Below, in pieces: positions 36,121 through 44,828 of a stretch of DNA of 64,000 bases. The notes beneath the pieces are model-generated. The model saw nothing but the letters and a program-made list of their open reading frames with translations. It did no database searches and was not told the DNA's origin. How positions within the stretch are numbered: position 1 is the first letter of the stretch; each line of letters begins with the position of its first letter. The translations under genes were made by a program, and so were the position numbers. The DNA comes from a candidate division WOR-3 bacterium. Its GTDB lineage: Bacteria; SDB-A. The DNA lies in NCBI GenBank assembly GCA_016926475.1, contig JAFGON010000023.1:559-64558 (forward strand). Reading direction: 5' to 3'.

Positions 36121-37399
36121 ATAGTCCTCCCTCGGAGATAAAACTCGTCAATACTCCCATAGAAGAGAGTAGTTTTGCGTAAGAAATATATATGCCGTAA
36201 TAAGATGCTATTTCTGCGAGTTTCGCGCTTTCAAGCGTATTCATGGCTTCGAACAGCTCAAGAGAAGTCGCCAGTCCATTTTTGTACATTTTGTCTGTCA
36301 GTTCGTAAGCTTCCTGTGACGCCCGGACTGTTTTCAACGCGCTTTCGTATTGAAGCATTGCCCCTTTGACTTCTCTGTAGCTCTGTTCCGTGGAACTCAG
36401 GGTCTGCGCATGAGTGTCGAGAAGAGCCAATTCCGCCCCCCTGACTTGGGAGGAAGCGCTTGAGTAATCCTGTATTCTCGCCGTCCCCTGAAAGAGAGTC
36501 CAGCTCAGCTGAACTCCTCCGTAGTAATTTGGTTCGCCGAACTCCCAATTGTTTCCGGACCAATTGTAACCTGCAAACGCGCTTAAAGTCGGAGAGAACG
36601 AAGACATCACATTCGTTTTTCCCGCCTTTGCTGAAGAAAGCGACGCATACGCGATTTCCATGCTGGGTGAGGCTAGAGCTATTTTTAAGCAGCTGTCGAG
36701 TTCTGGAAGTTGGACATCCATAAAAACAGGTTCCACGACATTTATGCTGGTCTTTTCTATTTGCAGAATATCGCAAAGGGAATTGACCGCGTTTTCCAAA
36801 TCGTTCTCGGCTTTTATAAGATTCGCCTCTTCTTGAGCTACCTGGACCTCCGACCTGGCGACGTCAAGGTTGGTCGCCATACCCACCCTCAGCATTTCCT
36901 GGGTCAAGTTTAGGTTGTCGTTAGCCATCTGAAGGGATTCTCTTGAAATTTTCAAGGATTTAGAAGCCTGAATAAGGCCCAAATATGAAGTCAGGATCCC
37001 CAGCGCTATTTGGTTTTGAGCAATTTCTCTGCCCTCCTGGGCTATTCTGACAACAGACGAATTCAGGGCGACGTTTGCCAGTCTAGACCCTCCCGTGAAA
37101 AGAGGCAACGAAAGAGAAAATCCGGTCTGATGGGTTCCCTTTGCTCTTATCACTACAGGATTTCCGTCTATTCCCGGCTGGGTTATTTCATCCGGATACC
37201 TTGTGTACGAAGAAGAAAACGACACCGTCGGCAGGAAATAAGAAAGCGACTTCCTGTAACCTGCTTTGGCTTGAAAAATTTCCTCGTCGGCTTCTCTTAT
37301 GCTTACATTGTTTTCAAGAGCTATTGACATCGCCTCATCAAGGCTCAAAGTCAGGCCCGACTGAGAGGCTATCGCTAGTAGCAGCGCAATATATAACAC
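36110..37399 (-). CDS. TolC-like outer-membrane efflux protein
   Basis: Two OEP repeats (…LDEAMSIALENNVSIREADEE…) and the beta-barrel/alpha-helical repeat pattern. Confidence 0.7.
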   Translation of the reverse strand: MLYIALLLAIASQSGLTLSLDEAMSIALENNVSIREADEEIFQAKAGYRKSLSYFLPTVSFSSSYTRYPDEITQPGIDGNPVVIRAKGTHQTGFSLSLPLFTGGSRLANVALNSSVVRIAQEGREIAQNQIALGILTSYLGLIQASKSLKISRESLQMANDNLNLTQEMLRVGMATNLDVARSEVQVAQEEANLIKAENDLENAVNSLCDILQIEKTSINVVEPVFMDVQLPELDSCLKIALASPSMEIAYASLSSAKAGKTNVMSSFSPTLSAFAGYNWSGNNWEFGEPNYYGGVQLSWTLFQGTARIQDYSSASSQVRGAELALLDTHAQTLSSTEQSYREVKGAMLQYESALKTVRASQEAYELTDKMYKNGLATSLELFEAMNTLESAKLAEIASYYGIYISYAKLLSSMGVLTSFISEGGLYEK

Positions 37400-37409
37400 T
37401 CCGCCTCCT

Positions 37410-38012
37410 TTATTCTTTTCTAAGTAAAACTCCGTTTTTAAAAATATTCATTGCGTTATAAACTGATCCTTGACTAGAAATTTTTTTCTCCCGTTTAAGC
37501 CCCGGAGAAATAGATCTGAAAATCAAATCGAAAAACAAACTCATAAAAAAGAACGCTATTTCTTCCGTTTTTAAATCCTTTCGTACTTCTGTTGATTTTT
37601 TACCTTTTTCGACCAAATCGACGAGAAACTCATACAATTCCGTCTTCTTCAAATGGATTTCTTCGAAAAATCTCTGCCTGTTCTTGACTATGTTTGGATT
37701 GTGAAGTATGAAAATAATCCCCGCGTATTCTGGGTTTTTCTTGAAAAGCCAGACTGAAGATTTGATGATTTTTTCGCATGAAGTAAAAAAACCGTCCTTT
37801 TCATCGTAGTTTTTTTCAACACTGCCCTTCATGCAGTCTATGACAAACAACACGCTCTGAAGGAAAAGTTCTTCTTTGTCTTTGAAATAAAGATAAAGGG
37901 TTCCCTTGGCAAGTTCTGCTTCTTCGGCGATTTCGTCGAGGGTGACTTCTCCAAAGTATTTTTTTGAAATGACTTTTAATACAGCTCTGATAATTCTCGT
38001 TTTTTTGTCCAT
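37410..38012 (-). CDS. TetR/AcrR family transcriptional regulator
   Basis: N-terminal HTH (TLDEIAEEAELAKGTLYLYFKDKEELF). Confidence 0.75.
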   Translation of the reverse strand: MDKKTRIIRAVLKVISKKYFGEVTLDEIAEEAELAKGTLYLYFKDKEELFLQSVLFVIDCMKGSVEKNYDEKDGFFTSCEKIIKSSVWLFKKNPEYAGIIFILHNPNIVKNRQRFFEEIHLKKTELYEFLVDLVEKGKKSTEVRKDLKTEEIAFFFMSLFFDLIFRSISPGLKREKKISSQGSVYNAMNIFKNGVLLRKE

Positions 38013-38025
38013 TAATCCCTCTTTC

Positions 38026-38043
38026 TGACTGACCGTTCAGTCA
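38026..38043. promoter_or_regulatory. candidate TetR operator: 18-bp inverted repeat TGACTGA-ccgt-TCAGTCA, 14 nt upstream of the tetR start codon
   Basis: Perfect 7-bp arms. Lies in the region divergent to the methyltransferase gene. Confidence 0.45.
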
Positions 38044-38138
38044 AATTGAAAAGAAGAATAAATAAACATCGTGCCTTTGTCAAGAAAATTAGATAAAAAT
38101 CGTTTGACTATTTTTGACTCCTGTTTTATCTTACATCT

Positions 38139-38786
38139 ATGAATTTCAGAGACGAATCTTTCAGGCGTCTGATCCAGGACAAAGAAGCCCTTAAATACGA
38201 ACTTCAAAACCAGCCGAAAAGCGAATTTCTCGCCCTTTTCATAAACGAGATGGAAATATTCAAAGAGCGGAGGATTCTCGATTTTTTATGCGGAACCGGA
38301 ATGTACTCGGTTTTTTTAGCTCAGATAAACAACCGGGTCATTGTCACAGAGACATGTCCAGAAGCCATTCAAATTACGACTTTAAGGGCAAAACAGAACG
38401 AAATATCGCTTGAGTTCGCTCAAATCTCAGAATCTTTTGAGGTCAGCCTTCCCAAGAATGTCTTCAATGGAGCCACAATGATAGACTCCATCAACTATTT
38501 CAACGACTCTGAAGTGACGGCGATAATAAAAGAGTTGAACAGATTGTTGATCAAAAACGGCTTTTTGTTTATAAACTTTCTTCCTGAAGAGCCAATCCCG
38601 ACAAAATTCAAGTTCGAATTCAAAAGCGACGGAACTTTTATACTTCATGAGGGTCCTGACGAGGGAAAAGTTTTATATTTGAGGGACAGCAAAAAAATCG
38701 AGGCTTTCTTCAAAGAAGGCTTTGCTCTGGTAGACATTGAAGAGACAAAAAGCGGCATGAAAAAAGTTTTGGCGAAAAAAATATAA
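38139..38786 (+). CDS. class I SAM-dependent methyltransferase
   Basis: Motif I ILDFLCGTGMYSVFLA. Confidence 0.6.
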   Translation: MNFRDESFRRLIQDKEALKYELQNQPKSEFLALFINEMEIFKERRILDFLCGTGMYSVFLAQINNRVIVTETCPEAIQITTLRAKQNEISLEFAQISESFEVSLPKNVFNGATMIDSINYFNDSEVTAIIKELNRLLIKNGFLFINFLPEEPIPTKFKFEFKSDGTFILHEGPDEGKVLYLRDSKKIEAFFKEGFALVDIEETKSGMKKVLAKKI

Positions 38787-38834
38787 TCTTTACAGAATCC
38801 GGTAGATTTCATACACTGAAGAAAGGCATAAGTT

Positions 38835-39989
38835 TTGAGGACAATATACCTGGACAACAGCGCGACGACGAAAACAGACCCCCTCGTCTTGTCGGAAATG
38901 TTACCGTATCTTGAAGAACTTTATCAGAATCCTTCCTCGGCTTACGAATCTGCATACAAAATAAGGGAAAGTATCGCGGTATCAAGACAAAAAATCGCTG
39001 ATTTCATGGGTTGCGAACCAGACGAGATATTTTTCACTTCTGGCGGAACCGAGTCCATCAACCATTCTATTATTGGAACGGCGTCGCGTTTCGGACTCAA
39101 AGGAGGACATATATTGACATCCTCCATAGAGCACAGCGCCGTTTTTAACACTTGCAAATACCTTGAAAATTTCGGCTTTGAGGTCACATACCTGCCGGTC
39201 GACGCGAATTGCGTCGTATCAGCAGAAGACTTCGAAAAGTCGCTGAGACAAGACACCGTCATAGCATCCATTATGGCGGCGAACAATGAAACGGGCGCGA
39301 TTCAACCCATTGAAGAATTGGCCTTAATCGCCAGGAAAAAAGGCGTGATTTTCCACACTGATGCAGTTCAGGCTTTCGGTAAAGTTTTCTTTGACCTAAA
39401 AAAAACCCCCATTTCTCTTCTGTCATTTTCCGGGCACAAGATATACGCTCCGAAAGGAATAGGTGTTTTGTATAAAAGAAAAAACGTCACGATAGACCCT
39501 CTTCTGCACGGAGGACCTCACGAAAACAAGATGAGAGCAGGAACCGAAAATGTCCCCGGAATTATCGGCATAGCAAAAGCGGTGGAACTGCTAAAAAGCG
39601 AAGATGCAGAAGAAAGAATCCGCGCCATGCGAGACGCCTTGTTCTTTAGGATAAAAGAGGAAATCCCGGACATAAAAATCAACACTGCTGTTGGAAATTC
39701 AATTTACAACACCTTGAACGTATCCTTCAAATTCATCGAAGGCGAGAGCCTATCGACTTTGCTGCAGCTCGACGGGATTGAAGTTTCAACGGGCTCTGCT
39801 TGCTCTTCGTCTTCTCTCGAACCTTCCCGCGTTCTTCTCGCGATGGGCTTGAGTCATGTCGACGCTCATGGCAGCGTCCGGTTCAGCTTTGGAAGATACA
39901 ATTCTTTTGATGAAATTGACCCCACCGTTCAATCCCTTAAAGCGGCTGTCTCAAAACTCAGGCTGATCTCTCCATTAAAGAAGGATTGA
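38835..39989 (+). CDS. nifS: cysteine desulfurase (NifS/IscS class V aminotransferase), TTG start
   Basis: IYLDNSATT…SFSGHKIYAPKGIGVLY (PLP-Lys)…SSGSACSS (active Cys). Confidence 0.8.
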   Translation: MRTIYLDNSATTKTDPLVLSEMLPYLEELYQNPSSAYESAYKIRESIAVSRQKIADFMGCEPDEIFFTSGGTESINHSIIGTASRFGLKGGHILTSSIEHSAVFNTCKYLENFGFEVTYLPVDANCVVSAEDFEKSLRQDTVIASIMAANNETGAIQPIEELALIARKKGVIFHTDAVQAFGKVFFDLKKTPISLLSFSGHKIYAPKGIGVLYKRKNVTIDPLLHGGPHENKMRAGTENVPGIIGIAKAVELLKSEDAEERIRAMRDALFFRIKEEIPDIKINTAVGNSIYNTLNVSFKFIEGESLSTLLQLDGIEVSTGSACSSSSLEPSRVLLAMGLSHVDAHGSVRFSFGRYNSFDEIDPTVQSLKAAVSKLRLISPLKKD

Positions 39990-40011
39990 CCGGTAAAAAA
40001 GGAGACTTTTT

Positions 40012-40428
40012 TTGTCGCAGTACAGTGAAAAGGTTATAGACCATTTCAGAAACCCTAGAAACATGGGCTCTATCCCCGACGCTGACGGTGTAGGAAAAGT
40101 CGGCAACCCCGTCTGCGGAGACATGATGACCATTTACTTAAAAATCAAAAATGGGATAATTACCGATTGCCGGTTTGAAACTTTCGGATGCGTAGCGGCG
40201 ATTGCATCTTCATCCATGGCGACAGAACTGATAAAAAATAAAACGATAGAAGAAGCTTTGAAACTTACCAACAAATCTGTCGTGTCGGAACTCGAAGGGC
40301 TTCCTCCGGTGAAAGTACACTGCTCGGTTTTAGCTGAACAGGCTATAAAAGCGGCAATAGAAGATTACAAGTCAAAGATTCAATCAACCCATGGCGGCAA
40401 CGGCGAAGATATAAGCTCCGAGGGCTGA
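40012..40428 (+). CDS. nifU: Fe-S cluster assembly scaffold (NifU N-terminal/IscU type)
   Basis: NPVCGDMM, FGCVAAIASSS and HCSVLAEQA motifs with the three conserved Cys. Confidence 0.75.
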   Translation: MSQYSEKVIDHFRNPRNMGSIPDADGVGKVGNPVCGDMMTIYLKIKNGIITDCRFETFGCVAAIASSSMATELIKNKTIEEALKLTNKSVVSELEGLPPVKVHCSVLAEQAIKAAIEDYKSKIQSTHGGNGEDISSEG

Positions 40429-41502
40429 AGCCTTTTCGGTCCCAAGTTTTGATATTCCTACTCCATTGCTTCTTATGTATTCATAGTTTAAAAACTTTTT
40501 TGATCCCGGGATTTGAAGTTTGATGGTTTCACTCGTGAAATATTCTTCAAATTCATCCGGGTCTTCGAGGTTGAATACTCGCGTTTCGGTTCTCGGAATT
40601 TTTCCTCCGTGAACGCTTTCGTACGGCTTGTTCATTTCCCGTACGAGTTTTTTCAAAAAAACATCATGAGAGCCGGAAATTCCTCCTCCAATTACGACGA
40701 GTCCGTCAAAAAGGCTCACGGCGTCTGCAAGGGAGTCAGCCAGAGCAAGCGCGAACTTCTCGAAAGCTTTTTTGGCACTGAGATGATACCTTCCGTTTTT
40801 GTTCTGTGCAAAAAAAGCAATTTCCTCCACTGCCGGCGACTTTTCAAAATCAATTTCCGCTTCTTCGGCAAAGTATTTTCTTATACCTCTCGACGACACA
40901 GAGTCTTCTGCGCAGGAATTAGCGAAATATTTATTTCTCAACCTGTTTATTTCCCCCTGAGCGCAATTGTCTCCAAGGAATAGGTTTCCCTGCGTTATCG
41001 CCCCCCCTCCAAATCCTGTCCCGAGGGTTACCCCTAAAAGGTTTTGAGTCCTTTTTTTCACGCCTCTCTTCTCAAATTCCAAATTAACGTTTTTTGTCAA
41101 CCCGTAGACGAATTCTCCAAGAGTGAAGAGGTCTGCGTCGTTGTTCATGAAAACCGGAACTTTAAAATTTTCTTCCAAAAAAGCTTTTAGAGGAAAAGGG
41201 TCTTTGAAAGCCGGCAAGTTGACGAGTTCAAACACGACTCCTTCCTTATAATCCGCCGGTCCCGGAAAACCCAGGCTGATCGCAGATGGCTTCTGCTCCA
41301 GTTCTGAACCGATCTTTTCGATTCCGTTTTTAATCGTCCCAAGACAAAGCGACAGATCGTGTCCTTTAGAAGGCATGACAGAAGTAGAGACTGCGAAACC
41401 ACCTTTTTTGACAGCGGAGAAAGAAAAATTCGTGCCTCCGGCGTCGAGAGTTATGACAACTCTTTTGTCTTCTTTATATTTATCGACATCGAGAAAGTTC
41501 AC
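40384..41502 (-). CDS. ROK-family sugar kinase/regulator-like protein
   Basis: ITLDAGGTNFSFSAV ATPase motif. TLGTGFGGGAITQGNLFLGDNCAQGEI matches the ROK signature. Its 3' end overlaps nifU convergently by 45 nt. Confidence 0.5.
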   Translation of the reverse strand: MNFLDVDKYKEDKRVVITLDAGGTNFSFSAVKKGGFAVSTSVMPSKGHDLSLCLGTIKNGIEKIGSELEQKPSAISLGFPGPADYKEGVVFELVNLPAFKDPFPLKAFLEENFKVPVFMNNDADLFTLGEFVYGLTKNVNLEFEKRGVKKRTQNLLGVTLGTGFGGGAITQGNLFLGDNCAQGEINRLRNKYFANSCAEDSVSSRGIRKYFAEEAEIDFEKSPAVEEIAFFAQNKNGRYHLSAKKAFEKFALALADSLADAVSLFDGLVVIGGGISGSHDVFLKKLVREMNKPYESVHGGKIPRTETRVFNLEDPDEFEEYFTSETIKLQIPGSKKFLNYEYIRSNGVGISKLGTEKASALGAYIFAVAAMG

Positions 41503-41618
41503 AGCTAAAATTATATAGTTTTGGGGCTAAATCGGCAAATGCACTTTTTTAAATCATTCTTGTCCGGCAAGCTGATATCGTATAGAATGTTTTTTTAACG
41601 CAAAAAAAGGAGCTCGAA

Positions 41619-42083
41619 TTGAAAAAAATCGCGCTTATCATTTTAACAGCGGTAATTTTGCCCGTCTCTGTTTTCAGCCAGACAAAAAGATTCGGCCTTG
41701 GTATCGTGGTAGGAGAACCCACGGGTTTCACTGCGAAGTATTGGCTATCTCCGGTGAATTCTCTTAACGGCGCGGTCGCATGGTCGGTTTTCGATGACAA
41801 TTCGTTTGAAGCTCTCTACCTTCATATTGACCACGTATTCTATTATTATGACCTGTTCAGAGTCCAGACTGGAAAAGCCCCTGTGTTTATTGGAGTCGGA
41901 GGAAGATTTTATTTCCCCAAGCACGATGACACAAAAATCGGATTTAGAATTCCAATGGGTCTTGCCTACATGTTCGATCAGGTCCCAATTGAGATTTACG
42001 GAGAAATCGCCCCCGTAATAAACATTGTCCCCGAGACAGACGTCGATCTTGACGGCGGCGTAGGTTTCAGATATTTCTTCTGA
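41619..42083 (+). CDS. small secreted/outer-membrane hypothetical protein (TTG start, AAAGGAG RBS)
   Basis: Signal peptide MKKIALIILTAVILPVSVFSQ. Beta-rich with a C-terminal aromatic residue (…RYFF). Confidence 0.45.
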   Translation: MKKIALIILTAVILPVSVFSQTKRFGLGIVVGEPTGFTAKYWLSPVNSLNGAVAWSVFDDNSFEALYLHIDHVFYYYDLFRVQTGKAPVFIGVGGRFYFPKHDDTKIGFRIPMGLAYMFDQVPIEIYGEIAPVINIVPETDVDLDGGVGFRYFF

Positions 42084-42246
42084 AGGTTTGAAATAAACAG
42101 AAGCAAAGGCGCATATTGCCTGTTTAATCTGGCCTGAAGGCAGTGTTGTAAGAAACGGTTTTTGGAATTCAGCCTCTTTTTACCAATTCATCCGGTTTTT
42201 GAACAACCGGCAGAAATAAACAAGCAAATCTAACGGAGGTTTAATA

Positions 42247-44757
42247 ATGCCTTTTATGCCGTTCTTAATGGTTCTGTTGGGAAATCCCTCAGGTATTCCG
42301 GTAACACGTTGGGTGGGACCTGGAAACCCAACTTCTTATGCCGAATGGTCTTCGTCTTTTCAGACCGAAAATCAAGTTTCACCCGCAAACATAGATCGTC
42401 GGCTTTCCCCGGGAGCTGACCTCGTTGAAATTATCGTCGAGTCCGGGCTTTATCCTTTCATAGCCTCGGAAATTTCATTGCTATCGGCCGATATAGCCGC
42501 GGAAGGATTTTCCGTTTCTGTCGACACAGTTCAGGGCGTTCAGTCAATCAACGCCTGTTTCACACTAAGAAATTTCCTTATTTCAAAAATATCTCAGGAC
42601 CTTGTCGGAGCTTACTTCATCGGAGACGTCCCTATCTCATGGTATCAGATGATCGACGACTGGGGCTCGGGTCCAGAAGGATACGAAGAGTTCCCGTGCG
42701 ATTTGTTCTACATGGATCTGGACGGGACTTGGGAAGACGATTCCACATGGACATCCCCCAACAACTATTTGTCTCCCGGTCAGGACGGAATTTTTGATGT
42801 TCACGAAGGAAACACCTCTCCCGAAATCTGGGTCGGACGCCTTTTCCTTTCCTCTTTGGGCGATGAAGATTCGCTTGGTAAGATTTACTTGCGAAGATCC
42901 CATCTCTACAGGACGGATTCTTTTCAATCCGTCAGCAGAGGTTTGAGCTATGTTGACGACGACTGGGCTTACTGGGCGCAGGAGTACAAGGCGAACATGC
43001 AGGAAGCTTATTCAGACGTCACTTCCGTGTCGCAAATTGACACGACCAATCCTGTAAACTACAAAGAACACCTTTCTTCGACATATGAATGGGTCGGAAT
43101 ATTCTGCCATTCCTCACCGAGCCTGCATTCTTTCAAAGTTTCAGGGGGAACTTCATGGTCTGATATGTACGCGTCAGAAATACCTGTTCTGAAACCTTAC
43201 GGTCTTTTTTACAACCTTTTCGCCTGCTCAAACGCAAGGTATATTGAACACAATTTTATGGGTGGCATGTATATTCTCAAAACCCCTTCAGGGCTTGGTT
43301 CAATTGGGACCACAAAGACCGGCAGCATGCTGAATTTTTACCATTTTTATTCACCTCTCGGCTTAGGGCAGACAACCGGAGAAGCTTTTCTTTCATGGTT
43401 TCAATTTATCGCCACAAACGGATTCACAATAGAAGAAAAATCATGGCACTACGGCATGACTTTGATAGGAGACCCGACTCTAAAACTGAAACCGGCGGGT
43501 CCTTTTTTGAAAATCGCGTTGATCTCGGCAAACGATTCATCGGGAAACGGAGACGGCCGAATCGACCAGGGAGAAGAAGCGGTTCTGAGCTTTTCTGTCT
43601 ACAACCATTTATTCTCCCAAAACGCGACAAACATACAGGCAGCGCTTGTTTCTCTTGACTCTTTCCTTACCGTCACAGCTTCATCTTCCTCTTGTCCTGT
43701 CATCAACCCAGGCGACACAATCGAAAACGCCTTTTCCTTCTCCGTCGAAGGGGCGGCTTCATTTACGCCCCATAATGCAGATATTGTCCTCTACATGAAC
43801 GACGGTTTTTCAGGTAGGGTGACGGCGGAAACGTCTCAAATTTTCATTGGAAGACAACCTATTCTCGTGATCGATGACGATGGAGGAATGACTAGCGAAG
43901 AAGCGCTCACCCAGAGCTTGAATTCTTTAGGACGGGGTTTCGAGATAATTGAGCGCGAAAATTACCCCTCTTTGACGGATATTATTAACTCGTACAGCAT
44001 GGTAATCTGGCTGACGGGTTCTTCATCAACGGGTACTTTGACCGCACAGGACCAGAACGACGTAATTGACTATTTTAACCTTTCAGGAAAGTTGTTTCTT
44101 TACGGCCAGGGAATAGCCGAAGAACTCAACGGTTCAGCTTTTTTGTCCTCTTTTCTGGAGGTCTCCTGGCAGGGAAACACTTCCGTTCATTTTCAGACAG
44201 GAACGTCAAACGACCCTATTGGCGACAGCCTCTCAATCGCCACTTCAAACCAGACATCGCAGGACATGCTGACTTCAACCGGTAATTCATCCGTAAGCTT
44301 CAGTTATCAGACCACCCCGCAGGGAGCCTCCATGATAAGGAAAGAAGGCGCCGGAAAAATCGTCTTTGCCGGTTTTGGTTTTGAGGGCGTCGTGTCAAAT
44401 GTCCCTGGATACGCTCACAGAGATACCTTGCTCGCAAGAATCATCGACTACATGGATTTGACGGTCGAAGTCGAAGAAGAAAAACCCAGTTCTGAAGATT
44501 TCGAGTTTTTTATGACCCAGGAAGCGGATAGGATTTACTTCAATTTACCTAAAGAGTTCGAAGGAAATATAACTGTAAAAATCTTCGACGTCTTGGGAAG
44601 AAACATCATCACAGTAAACCCCGGGTCGGCTTCAGATCAAAGAATTTTCTGGAATTTCAGAGATTTCAAAGGGCAGAGAGTTAGGGCTGGGTCTTATTTT
44701 GCGGTTATTTTGACAGATTCAGGATTGTTTTCAGCAAAATTTTCAATCTTGCATTGA
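42247..44757 (+). CDS. peptidase C25 (gingipain-like) domain protein with a T9SS C-terminal sorting domain
   Basis: Candidate catalytic His (GIFCHSSPSLHSFKVSGGTSW) and Cys (LFYNLFACSNARY) in gingipain-like contexts. CTD …VKIFDVLGRNI…AGSYFAVILTDSG…. Confidence 0.5.
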   Translation: MPFMPFLMVLLGNPSGIPVTRWVGPGNPTSYAEWSSSFQTENQVSPANIDRRLSPGADLVEIIVESGLYPFIASEISLLSADIAAEGFSVSVDTVQGVQSINACFTLRNFLISKISQDLVGAYFIGDVPISWYQMIDDWGSGPEGYEEFPCDLFYMDLDGTWEDDSTWTSPNNYLSPGQDGIFDVHEGNTSPEIWVGRLFLSSLGDEDSLGKIYLRRSHLYRTDSFQSVSRGLSYVDDDWAYWAQEYKANMQEAYSDVTSVSQIDTTNPVNYKEHLSSTYEWVGIFCHSSPSLHSFKVSGGTSWSDMYASEIPVLKPYGLFYNLFACSNARYIEHNFMGGMYILKTPSGLGSIGTTKTGSMLNFYHFYSPLGLGQTTGEAFLSWFQFIATNGFTIEEKSWHYGMTLIGDPTLKLKPAGPFLKIALISANDSSGNGDGRIDQGEEAVLSFSVYNHLFSQNATNIQAALVSLDSFLTVTASSSSCPVINPGDTIENAFSFSVEGAASFTPHNADIVLYMNDGFSGRVTAETSQIFIGRQPILVIDDDGGMTSEEALTQSLNSLGRGFEIIERENYPSLTDIINSYSMVIWLTGSSSTGTLTAQDQNDVIDYFNLSGKLFLYGQGIAEELNGSAFLSSFLEVSWQGNTSVHFQTGTSNDPIGDSLSIATSNQTSQDMLTSTGNSSVSFSYQTTPQGASMIRKEGAGKIVFAGFGFEGVVSNVPGYAHRDTLLARIIDYMDLTVEVEEEKPSSEDFEFFMTQEADRIYFNLPKEFEGNITVKIFDVLGRNIITVNPGSASDQRIFWNFRDFKGQRVRAGSYFAVILTDSGLFSAKFSILH

Positions 44758-44828
44758 TGTCAAAGAAACAGATTTAAATTTTTTTTTTTCAGGTTTAGTA
44801 AATGTTTTGCGGTGCTGAGTCTGCTATT

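Noticed and set aside
40384-40428. 45-nt convergent overlap between nifU and the ROK-family gene, possibly a frameshift or fusion
   Set aside because: Both proteins reach natural lengths for their families. Convergent 3' overlaps of this size occur, and there is no evidence of a disrupted frame.
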